DNA of 63,496 bases, counting the filler, from Octopus bimaculoides (taxonomy: Eukaryota): the NCBI RefSeq assembly GCF_001194135.2. It is 5 parts of 5 records of this genome, joined end to end, with 100 filler letters (N's around TTAATTAATTAA, not from the genome) between each part and the next. Parts side by side here need not be neighbours in the genome. Positions count along the whole stretch, not along the records: positions 22,259 to 50,264 come from NC_068994.1; 4 more parts are not named here. One strand, written 5' to 3'. The notes below the pieces were generated by a model, which had not been told where the DNA came from, did no database searches, and saw nothing but the letters and a program-made list of their open reading frames with translations. A program made the translations under genes and the position numbers. Shown in pieces: positions 36,480 to 49,399 of this stretch; the stretch's first letter is position 1, and the number at the start of each line of letters is the position of its first letter.

Positions 36480-38950
36480 ATTGTGACCATGCTGGAACAT
36501 CAATATTAGCACTAATGTCTGCTTATTTTCAACTTACTTCCTGGCTCTGACTCCAGAATTGGTCCTGGTGATCAGACAAAAATTTGCCTAAAGTTGTTCT
36601 TTGAACACATCCACACCTCCTAAATCTCTAATGCCTTTAGCAAAGTATTGGAAAGTCACAGGCCATTGAACCCCAAGGTGTTACAATACTGGGTTCTTAC
36701 TTTAGATGGGGAAAGTGGGACCTTTGGTATTATGCAGTGGTGTCCAGTCTCATGATTAGTATAGCTTACAATCCCAAAGTTAGATGCCAGACCTTCCACA
36801 TATATTACTACATATCTTTCACCTCTTCTCTTAAGGGAGTAGAGCCTCAGTTCTTTTAACCTCTCCCAGTAGCTCATCTGTTGTACCAAAGCAATTTTCT
36901 TAGTGTAGTGGTGCTGGATTGCCTTGACTTCTGCTGTTAATTTGACACTGTGGGAGCATTAACCCAAGCAACTGAGCACAAGTGTTTTCCATAGGAGCAA
37001 CATGGTTTCCTTTTTCTGGGTTCTGAATGATCTCAGAATCCAACTAGTCAGTCACCCACATATTGTTGCCATCTTAGTGATATGCACACAGAATGATGCA
37101 TCCCCGTTCATGTTCTCTGGTCACACACTAACTCTGACTATGGGATTGCAAAATCCCCTGATCCTGAGTAAATACTCTGATTGCAATCTGTGGGTCAATA
37201 GCAGAGTCCTGGAAACTTATCAGCATTAAACTGCATGCTATTTTCTTTAGCCCACTTGTATATTGCATTCTCACCTTTCTGTAAAGTTGAGGTATAATCA
37301 GTGTCCTTGGCAGCTTGTGATACTTTTGTACCAACAGCAAAACTGATGAGAGTGGCTGACTGTATGACTAAGGGAATTTTTGTGAAAGTCACCATGAATT
37401 GTAGGGGTCCCAGTACAGATCTGAAGGACTTAGCTTAGTATTGCTATCTTCTCAGACAGAACAGCATTGGCTGCAACTGCCTGACTCATATCTTTAACAA
37501 AGTCATGTAGCCACTCCTTTAGTTTTCCAACAATACCAAGGTCACACAATTTGTGATGTATCATTCCATGACTGACTTTATCAAAGGCCTTGGCAAAGTT
37601 GAGATATATCACATCCACATTTGAATAATTGAGTAGTTGTTTCAATACCAGGTTATAATGCTGTGAGTTAGTGAACAAGCCATTTTCTTCAAGGAATGTA
37701 ACTAGCTTCCTTCTGACAATGTGTTCCCTGGATTTGTTGATATGTGAGGTCAAAGAGATAGGTTTGTAATTCTTAGCATCTGCTCTTCTCCCTCATTTGT
37801 GGATAGGACATATGAGAAGTTCATCATATGCGAAGAAGCTCTGGAAAAGTATCTGCAATGGTTTTGCAAGCTTTCTTGCATGTCTTAAAGAATAATTGAA
37901 AAACTGTCAGAGCCTACTACTGAGTGAGTTCATCTCATCAATGACTAATTTTATATCTTTTCTTTTATGTCATTGAAGTGATGGTTGTTTCTTCCCTGTG
38001 TAGTACTGAAAAACTCATCAGGCTAGCTTGTTACACATTTTCCAGCAGAGAGGTGAAAATATCTCTAAACAGGCCTTTCTGAGGTGTGACTTCATGCAGT
38101 CATTAAGTTGTTTATTTAAGCAATTTGATACCTTTATTTTTCATATCGTTTCATAAAGACTTCTGGTTTTGGAGAATAAAGCTTTTGTGTGAATTGGCTC
38201 TTCTCTCAAGGAGGAATTTAATATGGCTTGCATTAATGACATAAATTGAGTTTCGTGTCCATATCTTGCACAGATGGACTACTGGGCCAATTTTGTTTGA
38301 GGATATCTTTAAGAACCCATTTTCAGTCAACCTTGTAGAAAGTCCAGGCTGGAGAAAGCTTAGGTGGATCCTTTGTGGTATACATCTTCTAGTTTCAGAC
38401 TATACATTGTTAATTCCATTATGTTGTGGTCTGAGAAAATTGTTGACAATACCTTCACATTGTAGTTCCATGTTATTGAAGTAGAGGTCAAGGACATTGT
38501 TGTTCCTAGTTGGAGATAATACTGTTTGTTCCATGAAGATCCTCTTCGTGAGATCAAGTAGGGATTTTGCTTGATTTTGTTGTGTGTGTCATTCTTGAGA
38601 TTATGTTACCTTCAGATCACCTAATGTTGGGAAAGTTGAAGTTACTCATAGAAGTACATTAGTGTTTTGATCTAGTTTCTTTAGTACTTCGTTTATCATT
38701 TTATGACTTTTCTCAAATTTTCTATTGTGATTTGAATCATCAGGTGGACAATATAGTGTACATATACCATATCAACTTGCTTTATATGCACTATGGGTGT
38801 ATCACAGATTAAGTTTGAATGTGATAAACAGGTTAAAGGTGTAACATCTTCACAGATGCACATGACAACTCTACCATGGCTTCTATCTTTTCTGTCTGTA
38901 TGACACAGCATACTAAGATATGTGTATCTCAGCATCATTTATGCCTGCAA
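36480..38950 (-). mobile_element. Decayed CR1/L2-group LINE ORF2 (APE + RT)
   Basis: APE-like DRKDRSHGRVVMCI; RT motifs VDVIYLNFAKAFDKVSH and LKEWLHDF; C-terminal SYWERLKELRLYSLKRR; many stops and frameshifts. Confidence 0.85.
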
Positions 38951-39757
38951 ACAAATGTATTTTGGTATGTGCTATGCACACTGTTTCATTGCATAAAGAT
39001 CATTCAAATATGAGATTTTGTTTTAGCTGTTGATCATGTCATATATATGTGTGTGTGTGTGAGATTATCACACCCTGCACATTGTCTCCCTACTTTCAGA
39101 TGTATCTACAGAATTATGATACTACTGCTCTTGACTCATCTTGAGCTACATCTATGTTTCACCTCCTTCACCCACTCCAAACTGATATTTAACATCGTTA
39201 AATGATGATGATAAACCACAACTCCACCCTCACTCACTACATCTACCTCTAATCCCATCTCACTCTTATAAAATTACCCATCTTTTCCTTCCACCCTAAT
39301 CCAGTCTATATCTTTCCTTATATTTACTTTCTTTTACCTTGAACGTCCACTGACACCCCTTATCCATCTTCTTTATCTTCCTTCCGGCTACTCTCACCCA
39401 GCCTAATATAATGTGAGGTAGCCATATAACTTCTCTATTGTATGTTACCTCAGCTTGTCCCTCAATCATATTCTAGCCTTCAACACTTGGCATAATGCCT
39501 CCTTCCATTCTCTCACAGTCCTACTCAATTGAGAAGGCTTTTCTCTTTTTCATTCTTTCTCTTGAAAGTTACTTCAATTCACTAGTGCTGGTGTCACACA
39601 AAAAAAGAAAAAGCACCTTGTACACACTATAAAGTGGTTGGCATTTGAATGGCATCAAGCCATTGAAACCATGCCAAAGTTGACACTGGAGCTTGAAGAA
39701 GCTCTGATCAGATCCTGCCAAACTGTCCAACTCATACCAGCATGGAAAACATGTTAA

Positions 39758-40737
39758 ATGATGATGATATATATAAAACTATTATCGTGACAATATATAT
39801 CATCATAGTTTTAACATCAACTTTTTATGCTTCCATAGGTAAGATAGATTTTATCAAGGCAGATTTTCTACAGTTAGATGCCCTTCTATCATCAAACCTC
39901 AATTGTTTCCAAGCAAAGTAATATTTCCTTATGACCATATATGTCCATGCAGAATACTGGAAATGAAGTACTGCTTGTATGACAGTGACAATCATTTACA
40001 ACTATTACACAAGACAAGGAGATATACACACACACANNNNNNNNNNNNNNNNNNNNNNNNNNNNNNNNNNNNNNNNNNNNNNNNNNNNNNNNNNNNNNNN
40101 NNNNNNNNNNNNNNNNNNNNNNNNNNNNNNNNNNNNNNNNNNNNNNNNNNNNNNNNNNNNNNNNNNNNNNNNNNNNNNNNNNNNNNNNNNNNNNNNNNNN
40201 NNNNNNNNNNNNNNNNNNNNNNNNNNNNNNNNNNNNGGCACATAAAAGACACCATTTCGAGCGTGGCCGTTTTCGTGCGGGTGACACGTAAAAGCACCCA
40301 CTACACTCTCTGAGTGGTTGGCGTTAGGAAGGGCATCCAGCTGTAGAAACTCTGCCAAATCAGACTGGAGCCTGGTGTTGCCATCCGGTTTCACCAGTCC
40401 TCAGTCAAATCGTCCAACCCATGCTAGCATGGAAAGCGGACGTTAAACGATGATGATGATGATGATGATATATATAAAACTATTATCGTGACAATATATA
40501 TCATCATAGTTTTAACATCAACTTTTTATGCTTCCATAGGTAAGATAGATTTTATCAAGGCAGATTTTCTACAGTTAGATGCCCTTCTATCATCAAACCT
40601 CAATTGTTTCCAAGCAAAGTAATATTTCCTTATGACCATATATGTCCATGCAGAATACTGGAAATGAAGTACTGCTTGTATGACAGTGACAATCATTTAC
40701 AACTATTACACAAGACAAGGAGATATACACACACACA
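39758..40737 (+). repeat. Exact 279-bp direct repeat (39758-40036 / 40459-40737) flanking a gap plus a young RTE 3' end
   Basis: The two copies read identical by eye. The RTE end 40237-40467 matches 34595-34820. Confidence 0.9.
40237..40467 (+). mobile_element. Young RTE LINE 3' end
   Basis: ggcacataaaagacacc...catggaaagcggacgttaaac(gat)n. Confidence 0.9.
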
Positions 40738-40739
40738 TA

Positions 40740-41636
40740 ACAGGTTTCTTTCAGTTTCTGTCAACCAATCCATTCACAAGGCTTTGGTCAGCTTGGGTCT
40801 ACAGTAGAAGTCATTTGCCCAAGGGGTCACAAGTAGGACTGAACTTGAAATCACGTGGTTGAAAAGTAAACTACATAGCTACACTATATATGTATGTGAT
40901 TATCATCATTGGCATCACCATCATCATTCTAATGTCCACTTTTCCATGCTTGCTATTTACAGGGGTGGACATTTTACAGCTAGATGCCCTTCCTGTCACC
41001 AACTCTCACCTGTTTCCAAGCAGGGTAATATATCCACATGCCAAGAATACTGAAAAACGACTGCTTAAATGACAATGATGCTCATTTACAATTATCATGC
41101 AATGTCAAGAAAAGTCACAAGTATACATATACATACATATGATTATATATATATGATAAGCTTCTTTCAATCTCCATCTACCAATCCCCCTCGCAAGGCT
41201 TTGGTTGGACTGAGGCTATACTAGGAGACACTTGCCCAAGGTCCTACAGTGTGACACTGAATCTGAAACTATGTGGTTGGGAAGCAAACTTATTACCCAC
41301 ACAGCCATATCTGCCTTATATGGCTTTTGTTAGCCAATACATTATATATATAACACACGCACACACATATATACACACACAGGGGATAAGATGTATATTT
41401 TACGTGATACACACACAACAGCCCCACTCACTCAAAGGGTCTTGTTTTGCGAGCTACTTTACTCGTGCTAGTAATACAAAAAAGGAGTTAGTACACGCTG
41501 TAAAGTGGTTAGTGTTAAGAAGGGCATTAAGCCGTAGAAACCACGCCAAAACAGATGAGCTCGCACCACCGTCTGACCTGTCGGATCCTGTCAAACCGTT
41601 CAACCCATACCAGCATACGATCGCTAAATGTTGATG

Positions 41637-41640
<4 letters not shown>
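40740..41640. mobile_element. Cluster of decayed SINE A (minus) and RTE-tail fragments
   Basis: SINE A heads at 40740-40870 and 41155-41325; RTE tails at ~40915-41040 (-) and 41465-41640 (+). Confidence 0.7.
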
Positions 41641-41669
<29 letters not shown>

Positions 41670-42688
41670 TAATGTGTGTGCATAATACATGATATAATAC
41701 AAATATATGATTTATTTACACACATATATGATATAAACATAATATAAATTATATATATATATATANNNNNNNNNNNNNNNNNNNNNNNNNNNNNNNNNNN
41801 NNNNNNNNNNNNNNNNNNNNNNNNNNNNNNNNNNNNNNNNNNNNNNNNNNNNNNNNNNNNNNNNNNNNNNNNNNNNNNNNNNNNNNNNNNNNNNNNNNNN
41901 NNNNNNNNNNNNNNNNNNNNNNNNNNNNNNNNNNNNNNNNNNNNNNNNNNNNNNNNNNNNNNNNNNNNNNNNNNNNNNNNNNNNNNNNNNNNNNNNNNNN
42001 NNNNNNNNNNNNNNNNNNNNNNNNNNNNNNNNNNNNNNNNNNNNNNNNNNNNNNNNNNNNNNNNNNNNNNNNNNNNNNNNNNNNNNNNNNNNNNNNNNNN
42101 NNNNNNNNNNNNNNNNNNNNNNNNNNNNNNNNNNNNNNNNNNNNNNNNNNNNNNNNNNNNNNNNNNNNNNNNNNNNNNNNNNNNNNNNNNNNNNNNNNNN
42201 NNNNNNNNNNNNNNNNNNNNNNNNNNNNNNNNNNNNNNNNNNNNNNNNNNNNNNNNNNNNNNNNNNNNNNNNNNNNNNNNNNNNNNNNNNNNNNNNNNNN
42301 NNNNNNNNNNNNNNNNNNNNNNNNNNNNNNNNNNNNNNNNNNNNNNNNNNNNNNNNNNNNNNNNNNNNNNNNNNNNNNNNNNNNNNNNNNNNNNNNNNNN
42401 NNNNNNNNNNNNNNNNNNNNNNNNNNNNNNNNNNNNNNNNNNNNNNNNNNNNNNNNNNNNNNNNNNNNNNNNNNNNNNNNNNNNNNNNNNNNNNNNNNNN
42501 NNNNNNNNNNNNNNNNNNNNNNNNNNNNNNNNNNNNNNGGGGGATCGTGTTTATAGAATTTATGTGTTGTAAAATAATCCCTCACTTTATAGCCAATCTT
42601 ACAAGAAAGAGAAGAAAACCGGCCAATTGCAAATATTAAGATAAAATTTTTAAAAGTTAACCTTGCAGAAATCAAGATAGATCCTTAC

Positions 42689-42860
42689 CTGATGTAAGGG
42701 ACTCGGAATTAAGAATTTCTGAGCAGGTAGCCCCGAAATTTAAAAAAAAATTATAGACGAAGTACAAGTCAAGCTCGTACGCCTTCGCCTCTTTTTGCAG
42801 AAGTCTGTCTGCAAACATGGACGGTCGCTCAGGCGACTCCGGTTCGACAAAACAGCGAGC
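42689..42860 (-). promoter_or_regulatory. Candidate promoter / first exon (minus strand) with strong splice donor
   Basis: Local CpG-rich non-repeat island; CAG|GTAAGG donor at 42689/42688; ATG at 42818 opens a 43-codon frame to the donor (MFADRLLQKEAKAYELDLYF...). Confidence 0.4.
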
Positions 42861-43344
42861 AAAAACTAAAAATAAAATATACTAGCAATCACTTTGTTAG
42901 CTCATTTGATTTTTAAAAATTTACAAATAAAATTTAAAAATTCTAGTTTAGGCTTTTGTATGAATTTTTAAAAATAAAAATAAGTGCGTAGCTGACAATC
43001 TACAGTTTACATTTCAAATATATATATTTTTTTCATTTCCGTCTTCAATTGTACCAGTTGTTCACTCTAGTTTTCATGGTTTCAGGGATTTAAAAATAAT
43101 TACTAACACATTGAAGTTGTTAAATATAAAATCTATAGTACCTTAAAACCCCTCCAAACAAACAAAAGGTGTCTTTGTCTTTTTTTTTTTATACAGGTTT
43201 GATTTATTGCTTGAGATGTCTGTTCTGATTATCTCATAATATACAAAATTCAGTTTTTTTTAATATCTAATTATCATATGAATATAATAAAAATTTGATT
43301 TTTTTCGAAATTTTGTTTTCATAATAACAAGCTATGCATGTGTG

Positions 43345-44170
43345 TGTGTATCATCATCATCATCGTCATCAACATTTAGCGTCCGCTTTCCATGAAGTTG
43401 GTAAGCCGGACAACTGCACCAGGCTCCAGTCTGTTTCGGCTTGTTTTCTACAGCTGGATGCCCTTCCATACACGCTCGCCAGGATCTGAAAGGATGTGCT
43501 AGTGAGGTGATAGCCAAGATTATATTATCCCCTCAATCTATGGGTTAGACATTGCGACGGAAGCCAACGGGTCGGAAGACCATTGCTTGTTCCAGTGTCT
43601 CAGTTGTTACATGACCTTCCTAACGATGAACGAGTACTTTTCCCGTGACCCACCACTAGTGAGGTCGTTTTGGAGCTTGCAAGACTAAAGAGCCCCCTCA
43701 ACTATGAGGAAGAATAAGACACAGAAAGTATGGTGGGAAGAGCTGGAAGAAATTTACATGAGGAGATTCTTGGCTACCTCACATTTTCATGGGTAGAAGG
43801 GGCAAAGTTGAAATGTTGCCCAAAAGTAAGGTAAATATGGTAGTGACGAACATGCCCTCAAAGTAACATATCCCAGGTGGTGAACAGAAGAGAGTGTGGA
43901 TGCAGAAAAATCAAGGAGGGTGGGTAATGTTACATGACTTGGGGGAAAATGAGATATAGATATAACCATGGATGGAGATGAATTTAGTGAACAATGGACA
44001 AGTGGGGATGGTAAATGAGTGGGGGATAATGATAAGAGTGAGGGATGAATGTAAACTGTGAGTAACATAGAAGAGAGGAAGTGGTAACTGGCAGTACAAT
44101 AATGTCAATATGGCATGATATGTAAGGCAATAAGCTGGCAGAATCAGCATGTGTGGGCAAATTCTTTAGT
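43345..44170 (-). mobile_element. Old pyrimidine-rich repeat with RTE-type tail
   Basis: Reverse complement of the tail (catcatcatc...cgtccgctttccatg, cagctggatgcccttcc) plus a body like 34990-35945. Confidence 0.55.
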
Positions 44171-44330
44171 AGCATTTTATCTGTCTTTATGTTCTGAGTT
44201 AAAATTCTGCTGAGGTCAACTTTGCCTTTTATCCTTTCGGGGTTGATAAAGTAAGTACCAGTTGAACACTGGGGTTGATGTAATCAACCTACCTCTTCCC
44301 TCTGCGGATGGTGCAAAGTACCCTCTCGAC
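44130..44330 (+). mobile_element. SINE family B, CpG-decayed
   Basis: agctggcagaatcagc...gttctgagttaaaattctgctgaggtcaactttgccttttatcctttcggggttgataaagtaagtaccag. Confidence 0.8.
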
Positions 44331-44544
44331 CCAAAATAACGTGGTGGTGGAACAATGTTGTTGACAGGGCTATTAGGGAAAAGAAATAGGCTTGGAAGGA
44401 CTGGAAGAACGGTGGTAGCAGGCAATTGTATCAGACTGCCTGAAGGGAAGCTAGGAAACAGGTTTATTTAGCTAGAGGGGAAGCAGATAAGAAAAAATTT
44501 GCCAATGTTCTGTGCTGTGAGGACCAAAGACTTGAGGTATTTCG

Positions 44545-46315
44545 TGTTGGTGGTCAATGAGGAAACTAGGGATAGAGGAATGGTTAGTGAGAGCTGTGCG
44601 AGCCATGTACAGAGACGCTGTCAGTAAGGTGAGGGTTGGCAATGAGTACAGTGAAGAATTTCGGGTAGAGGTAGGGGTCCACCAAGGTTCAGTCCTCAGC
44701 CCCCTCCTNNNNNNNNNNNNNNNNNNNNNNNNNNNNNNNNNNNNNNNNNNNNNNNNNNNNNNNNNNNNNNNNNNNNNNNNNNNNNNNNNNNNNNNNNNNN
44801 NNNNNNNNNNNNNNNNNNNNNNNNNNNNNNNNNNNNNNNNNNNNNNNNNNNNNNNNNNNNNNNNNNNNNNNNNNNNNNNNNNNNNNNNNNNNNNNNNNNN
44901 NNNNNNNNNNNNNNNNNNNNNNNNNNNNNNNNNNNNNNNNNNNNNNNNNNNNNNNNNNNNNNNNNNNNNNNNNNNNNNNNNNNNNNNNNNNNNNNNNNNN
45001 NNNNNNNNNNNNNNNNNNNNNNNNNNNNNNNNNNNNNNNNNNNNNNNNNNNNNNNNNNNNNNNNNNNNNNNNNNNNNNNNNNNNNNNNNNNNNNNNNNNN
45101 NNNNNNNNNNNNNNNNNNNNNNNNNNNNNNNNNNNNNNNNNNNNNNNNNNNNNNNNNNNNNNNNNNNNNNNNNNNNNNNNNNNNNNNNNNNNNNNNNNNN
45201 NNNNNNNNNNNNNNNNNNNNNNNNNNNNNNNNNNNNNNNNNNNNNNNNNNNNNNNNNNNNNNNNNNNNNNNNNNNNNNNNNNNNNNNNNNNNNNNNNNNN
45301 NNNNNNNNNNNNNNNNNNNNNNNNNNNNNNNNNNNNNNNNNNNNNACAAACAGCCATGCTACATGGCAGTGAAACATGGGCCATGACTGCTGAGGATATG
45401 CATAAGCTCACAAGGAATGAAGCCAGTATGCTCCGCTGGATGTGTAATGTCAGTATGCATACACAACAGTGTGTAAGCACCCTGAGAGAAAAGTTGGATT
45501 TCAGAAGCATCAGATGTGGTGTGCAAGAGAGATGACTGCTCGTATGGTCATGTGTTGCAAATGAATGCGGACAGCTGTGTGAAAAAGTGTCACACTCAAG
45601 CAGTTGAGAGAACCTGTGGAAGAGGTAGACCCAGGAAAACCTGTGATGAGGTGGTGAAGCACGACCTTTGAACATTGGGCCTTACCGAGGCAATGACAAG
45701 TGACAGACCTTTGGAGATAAGCTATACTTGAGAAGACCTGACAAGCCAAGTGAGACCATAGTCTGTAGCCTATGCCAGTGGTGTAATCAGCCCACTTATG
45801 AATACCCCTCATTCATTGGACAATAAACTTTGCTTGCAAAGACCTATTGAGGCGAGTGAAATCAAATCAAAATTGCTGACATGGCCGATGACAGTAAGCC
45901 TGATTGGCACTCATGCCAGTGGAACGTTAAAAGCACATCCAAGCATGATCGTTGCCAGGGCCATGGATTGGCTCCCATGTGAGTGGCATGTAAAAAGCAC
46001 CATTTGAGCATGATCGTTGCCTTACTGGCACATGTGCCGGTGGCACGTGAGAAACAACATTTGAGCATGTTCGTTGCCAGTGCTGCCAGACTGACTCCCA
46101 TGCAAGTAGCATGTAAAAAACACCTTTTGAGCGTGGTCATTGCCAGAACCGCCTGACTGGCCCTCTTAGAGTGGTTGGCATTATGAAGGGCATCCAGCTG
46201 TAGAAACTTTGCCAGATCAGATTGAGCCTGGTGCAGCCTCTGGTTCGCCAGTCCTCAGTCAAATCGTCCAACTTATGCGAGCATGGAAAGCGGACGTTAA
46301 ACAACGATGACGATG
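44545..46315 (+). mobile_element. RTE LINE 3' portion (RT, C-terminus, 3' UTR repeats, tail)
   Basis: MRKLGIEEWLVRAVRAMYRDAVSKVRVGNEYSEEFRVEVGVHQGSVLSPL; after the gap a decayed C-terminus, tandem UTR units at 45900-46165, and a (GAT)n tail. Confidence 0.9.
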
Positions 46316-46377
46316 NNNNNNNNNNNNNNNNNNNNNNNNNNNNNNNNNNNNNNNNNNNNNNNNNNNNNNNNNNNNNN

Positions 46378-46625
46378 ATATATATGTATGTATGTATATG
46401 TGTGTGTCTTTGTGTCTGTGTTTGTCACCCACCACCACCTGACAACCAGTGTTGGTGTGTTTACATCCCTGTAACTTAGTGGTTCAGCAAATGAGATTGA
46501 TAGAATAAGTACCAGGCTTAAATAGAGAAACAAAAAAGGACCAGGCTCAATCCATTTGACTTAAAAATTCTTCAAGGCAGGGCTCCAGCATGGCCACAGT
46601 CTAATGACTGAAACAAGTAAAAGTT
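46378..46625 (+). mobile_element. SINE family A 3' half
   Basis: gacaaccagtgttggtgtgtttacatccctgtaacttag...ggctccagcatggccacagtctaatgactgaaacaagtaaaag. Confidence 0.8.
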
Positions 46626-47084
46626 ACACACACACACACACACACACATTTTGTGTTAGAAACAGCTCTATAATGTAAACATTATCAATATCACATATTT
46701 AATGTATGTGTTGTTAAATGATTTATGCTGTGTTATTTTTTGTCCATGGAAGATCCCTTTGATGATGCAGAGTGTTAAAAAACCCAGTATACTTTAAAGT
46801 CAGGCAAAACAAATGAACAGCCCCAGAGGTGAACAAGAATGACAGATATTGATATTTTGCAGTTATTTATGCTTGGCCTAAAGTATGTATGGGTTGTGTA
46901 AAATCCATCTGCTGATGTACCAAAGCAGCACACAGGTGAAATAAAATTCAACATAAATCATTTAGCAAGACATATATTAAATATGTGACAAAGTTTTTGT
47001 TAGAAGCAACTTCATAGTGTAAACATTATCAATGCCACATACTTAAAATACACACATACATACATACATAAATACATGCGATCC

Positions 47085-48775
47085 AGAATGTGTTTGCAGT
47101 ACCAGTACTCATGCCAACATTTGGGCTGCTTGATTGGACGCTTGATGAGATCCGACCCACTGATGTGAAAACCTGAAAAATACTAACAAGCATACATAAT
47201 TTCCACATAAACAGTGACATAGACCGCCTCTACCTAAAATGAAAACAAGGCAGCAGGGGCTAAACACCGATCCAAAATGCCTTTGAATGTTGCATCATAT
47301 CCCTTCGCCAATATCTTTTAACCAGCAAGTGTCGAAGTGCATCCCTTGACCAAGTTTGCATACATCTGTAAGCCCCTTGTCATTCATGTTAAGGAAGTCT
47401 GAAGATGACGCACTGGTTCACAAGGAAACAGAAATACCAAAATTACACACTGTTTCTTTGTGGACGATTTGAAACTCTATGCAAAGAATACCCATGAGAT
47501 CAAAGGATATAGGGCTGGAGTTTGGTCAAGATAAATGTTGCTATATGGTTGTGAAAAGAGGAGTAACTGTAAACCAGACTAGCAACATCTCCATCATTGA
47601 CTTGACTGTTTCCCCTATATCTGATGAGGAATGTTACAAGTACGTAGAAGTGGAGGAAAACATCTTACAAAGGCAGCTGTAGCAAAACATGTTACTGATG
47701 AATATTACAGTTGAATAAAGAAAATTTGGATCTTGGAACTCTCTGCATTCAATAAAACAGTGGTCCACAATGTGTTTGCAGTGCCAGTACTCATCCCAAC
47801 ATTTGGGCTGCTTGATAAGATCTGAGCCATTGATGTGAAAACCTGGAAGATACTAACCAGCACACATAATTTTCACATCAACAGTGATGTAGACCACCTC
47901 TATCTAAAACAAAAACAAGTGGGCAGAGGCTTAACATAGATCCAAACTGCCTTTGAATGTCGTATCATATCCCTTTGGCAACATCTTTTAACCAGCAAGT
48001 GTCCAAATGCATCCCTTGACCAACTTTGCATACATGAGGCTGATAACATAAGACTTGAAAAGCAGTTCCTTGAGCAGCATTCCTTGTCTGATAACTTTAA
48101 ATACATGCCCAAAGAAGTCGCATGACTCTACTACAGCATATTATCAGATGAAAGGATGAGCATATATCAGTAGAAGACCATTTCACTTCTCACCTGGGGG
48201 CACCTGCCACAACCCAGGGATATGTTAGTAGAAAGCTCTGAGATGATAGTAACAGTGATCATCAAAGCAGTCTATCATGGACCAACAACTGGATTACTAC
48301 CTTACACTTTGAAGGGTATGCATTTGCATTACAGGAACAAGAAATATCAACCAAATACCTGATGCACAAAAGGGACAGAGATGTAGGAAAAGTAGAAAAA
48401 TGTGACAACTTATGCAGAATTTGTGGAGTTAGAACTGAAGATATCACCCACATCATAAGCAATTGTCTGAAAATGTCATCATGGTATTATCTATTGATAA
48501 GATATGATGTGGTAGGACACTGTATAATGAGATCTGTTGGAAGGATAACCTTGAGGACAAAGAAATAAGAATCCACAGTATGGTGGAAGCCATAGCCACT
48601 CATAATAAAAAGGAGTACTGGAGGAATGTCCCAGTGAAAACCTCAATAAAAAGTAAGCACAATAGACCTGACATAATGATTTGAAATAGAGAAGAGAAAC
48701 TGTATAATTGTGGAAATTAGCTGCCCAGCAGATGTTAACATAAAGCTGAAGATCAGTGAAAAAGAGAACACATAT
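47085..48775 (+). mobile_element. Decayed R4/Dong-like non-LTR element (RT + zinc knuckle + restriction-like endonuclease), with a duplicated ~300-bp segment
   Basis: DDLKLYAKN; CRICGVRTEDITHIISNC; HNRPDIMI...IVEISCPADVNIKLKISEKENTY. Segment 47085-47385 is paralogous to 47765-48035. Confidence 0.8.
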
Positions 48776-49167
48776 ATGTATGTGTGTGTATCTGTATGTA
48801 TGTATTCTGCATATTCATATGCTTGCATGTCTGTTTTGTGTATTTTTTATGTATGTGTGTATGTGCGTGTTTGTATATGTATGCACCTTTGTCTCTTTAT
48901 GTGTGCATGTCTGAGTGTGTGTGTGTGTGTGTGTGTGTGTATTTTGCAACTATGTACCGTGTTTGTATGTATGGATGTGCATCTCCATATGTGTGGACAT
49001 GTGTCTCCATATGTGTCCTTGTATGAAGTAAAGTGTGTGTGTATATGGTCATGTGTTTCAGTCTCCATTTGCGTATGTGTGCTTGTCTGTTCATAAGTGG
49101 AAATTTTACCGGTGAGTGTGTTAAATTATAAGGTATAAAAAGAAAATGACTCTCCCCATACACAACA

Positions 49168-49168
49168 G

Positions 49169-49266
<98 letters not shown>

Positions 49267-49285
49267 CATCATCATCATTGTTATT
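49168..49285. repeat. (ATT)n microsatellite
   Basis: Direct observation. Confidence 0.95.
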
Positions 49286-49399
49286 ATATATGCCAAGCTG
49301 TGTCAAAAGTTTTTTTGATTTTCACTGATGATTTTTGGCAACTTGTATCTCCATGTTATATCACTAATTTGATACAACTTGTCCAATTGTTGCTAAATT

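Noticed and set aside
43499-43665. 10-bp direct repeat ctagtgaggt suggesting a TSD-flanked 147-bp insertion
   Set aside because: One copy is part of the host repeat consensus (acctcactagtg), so the boundaries do not define a clean insertion.
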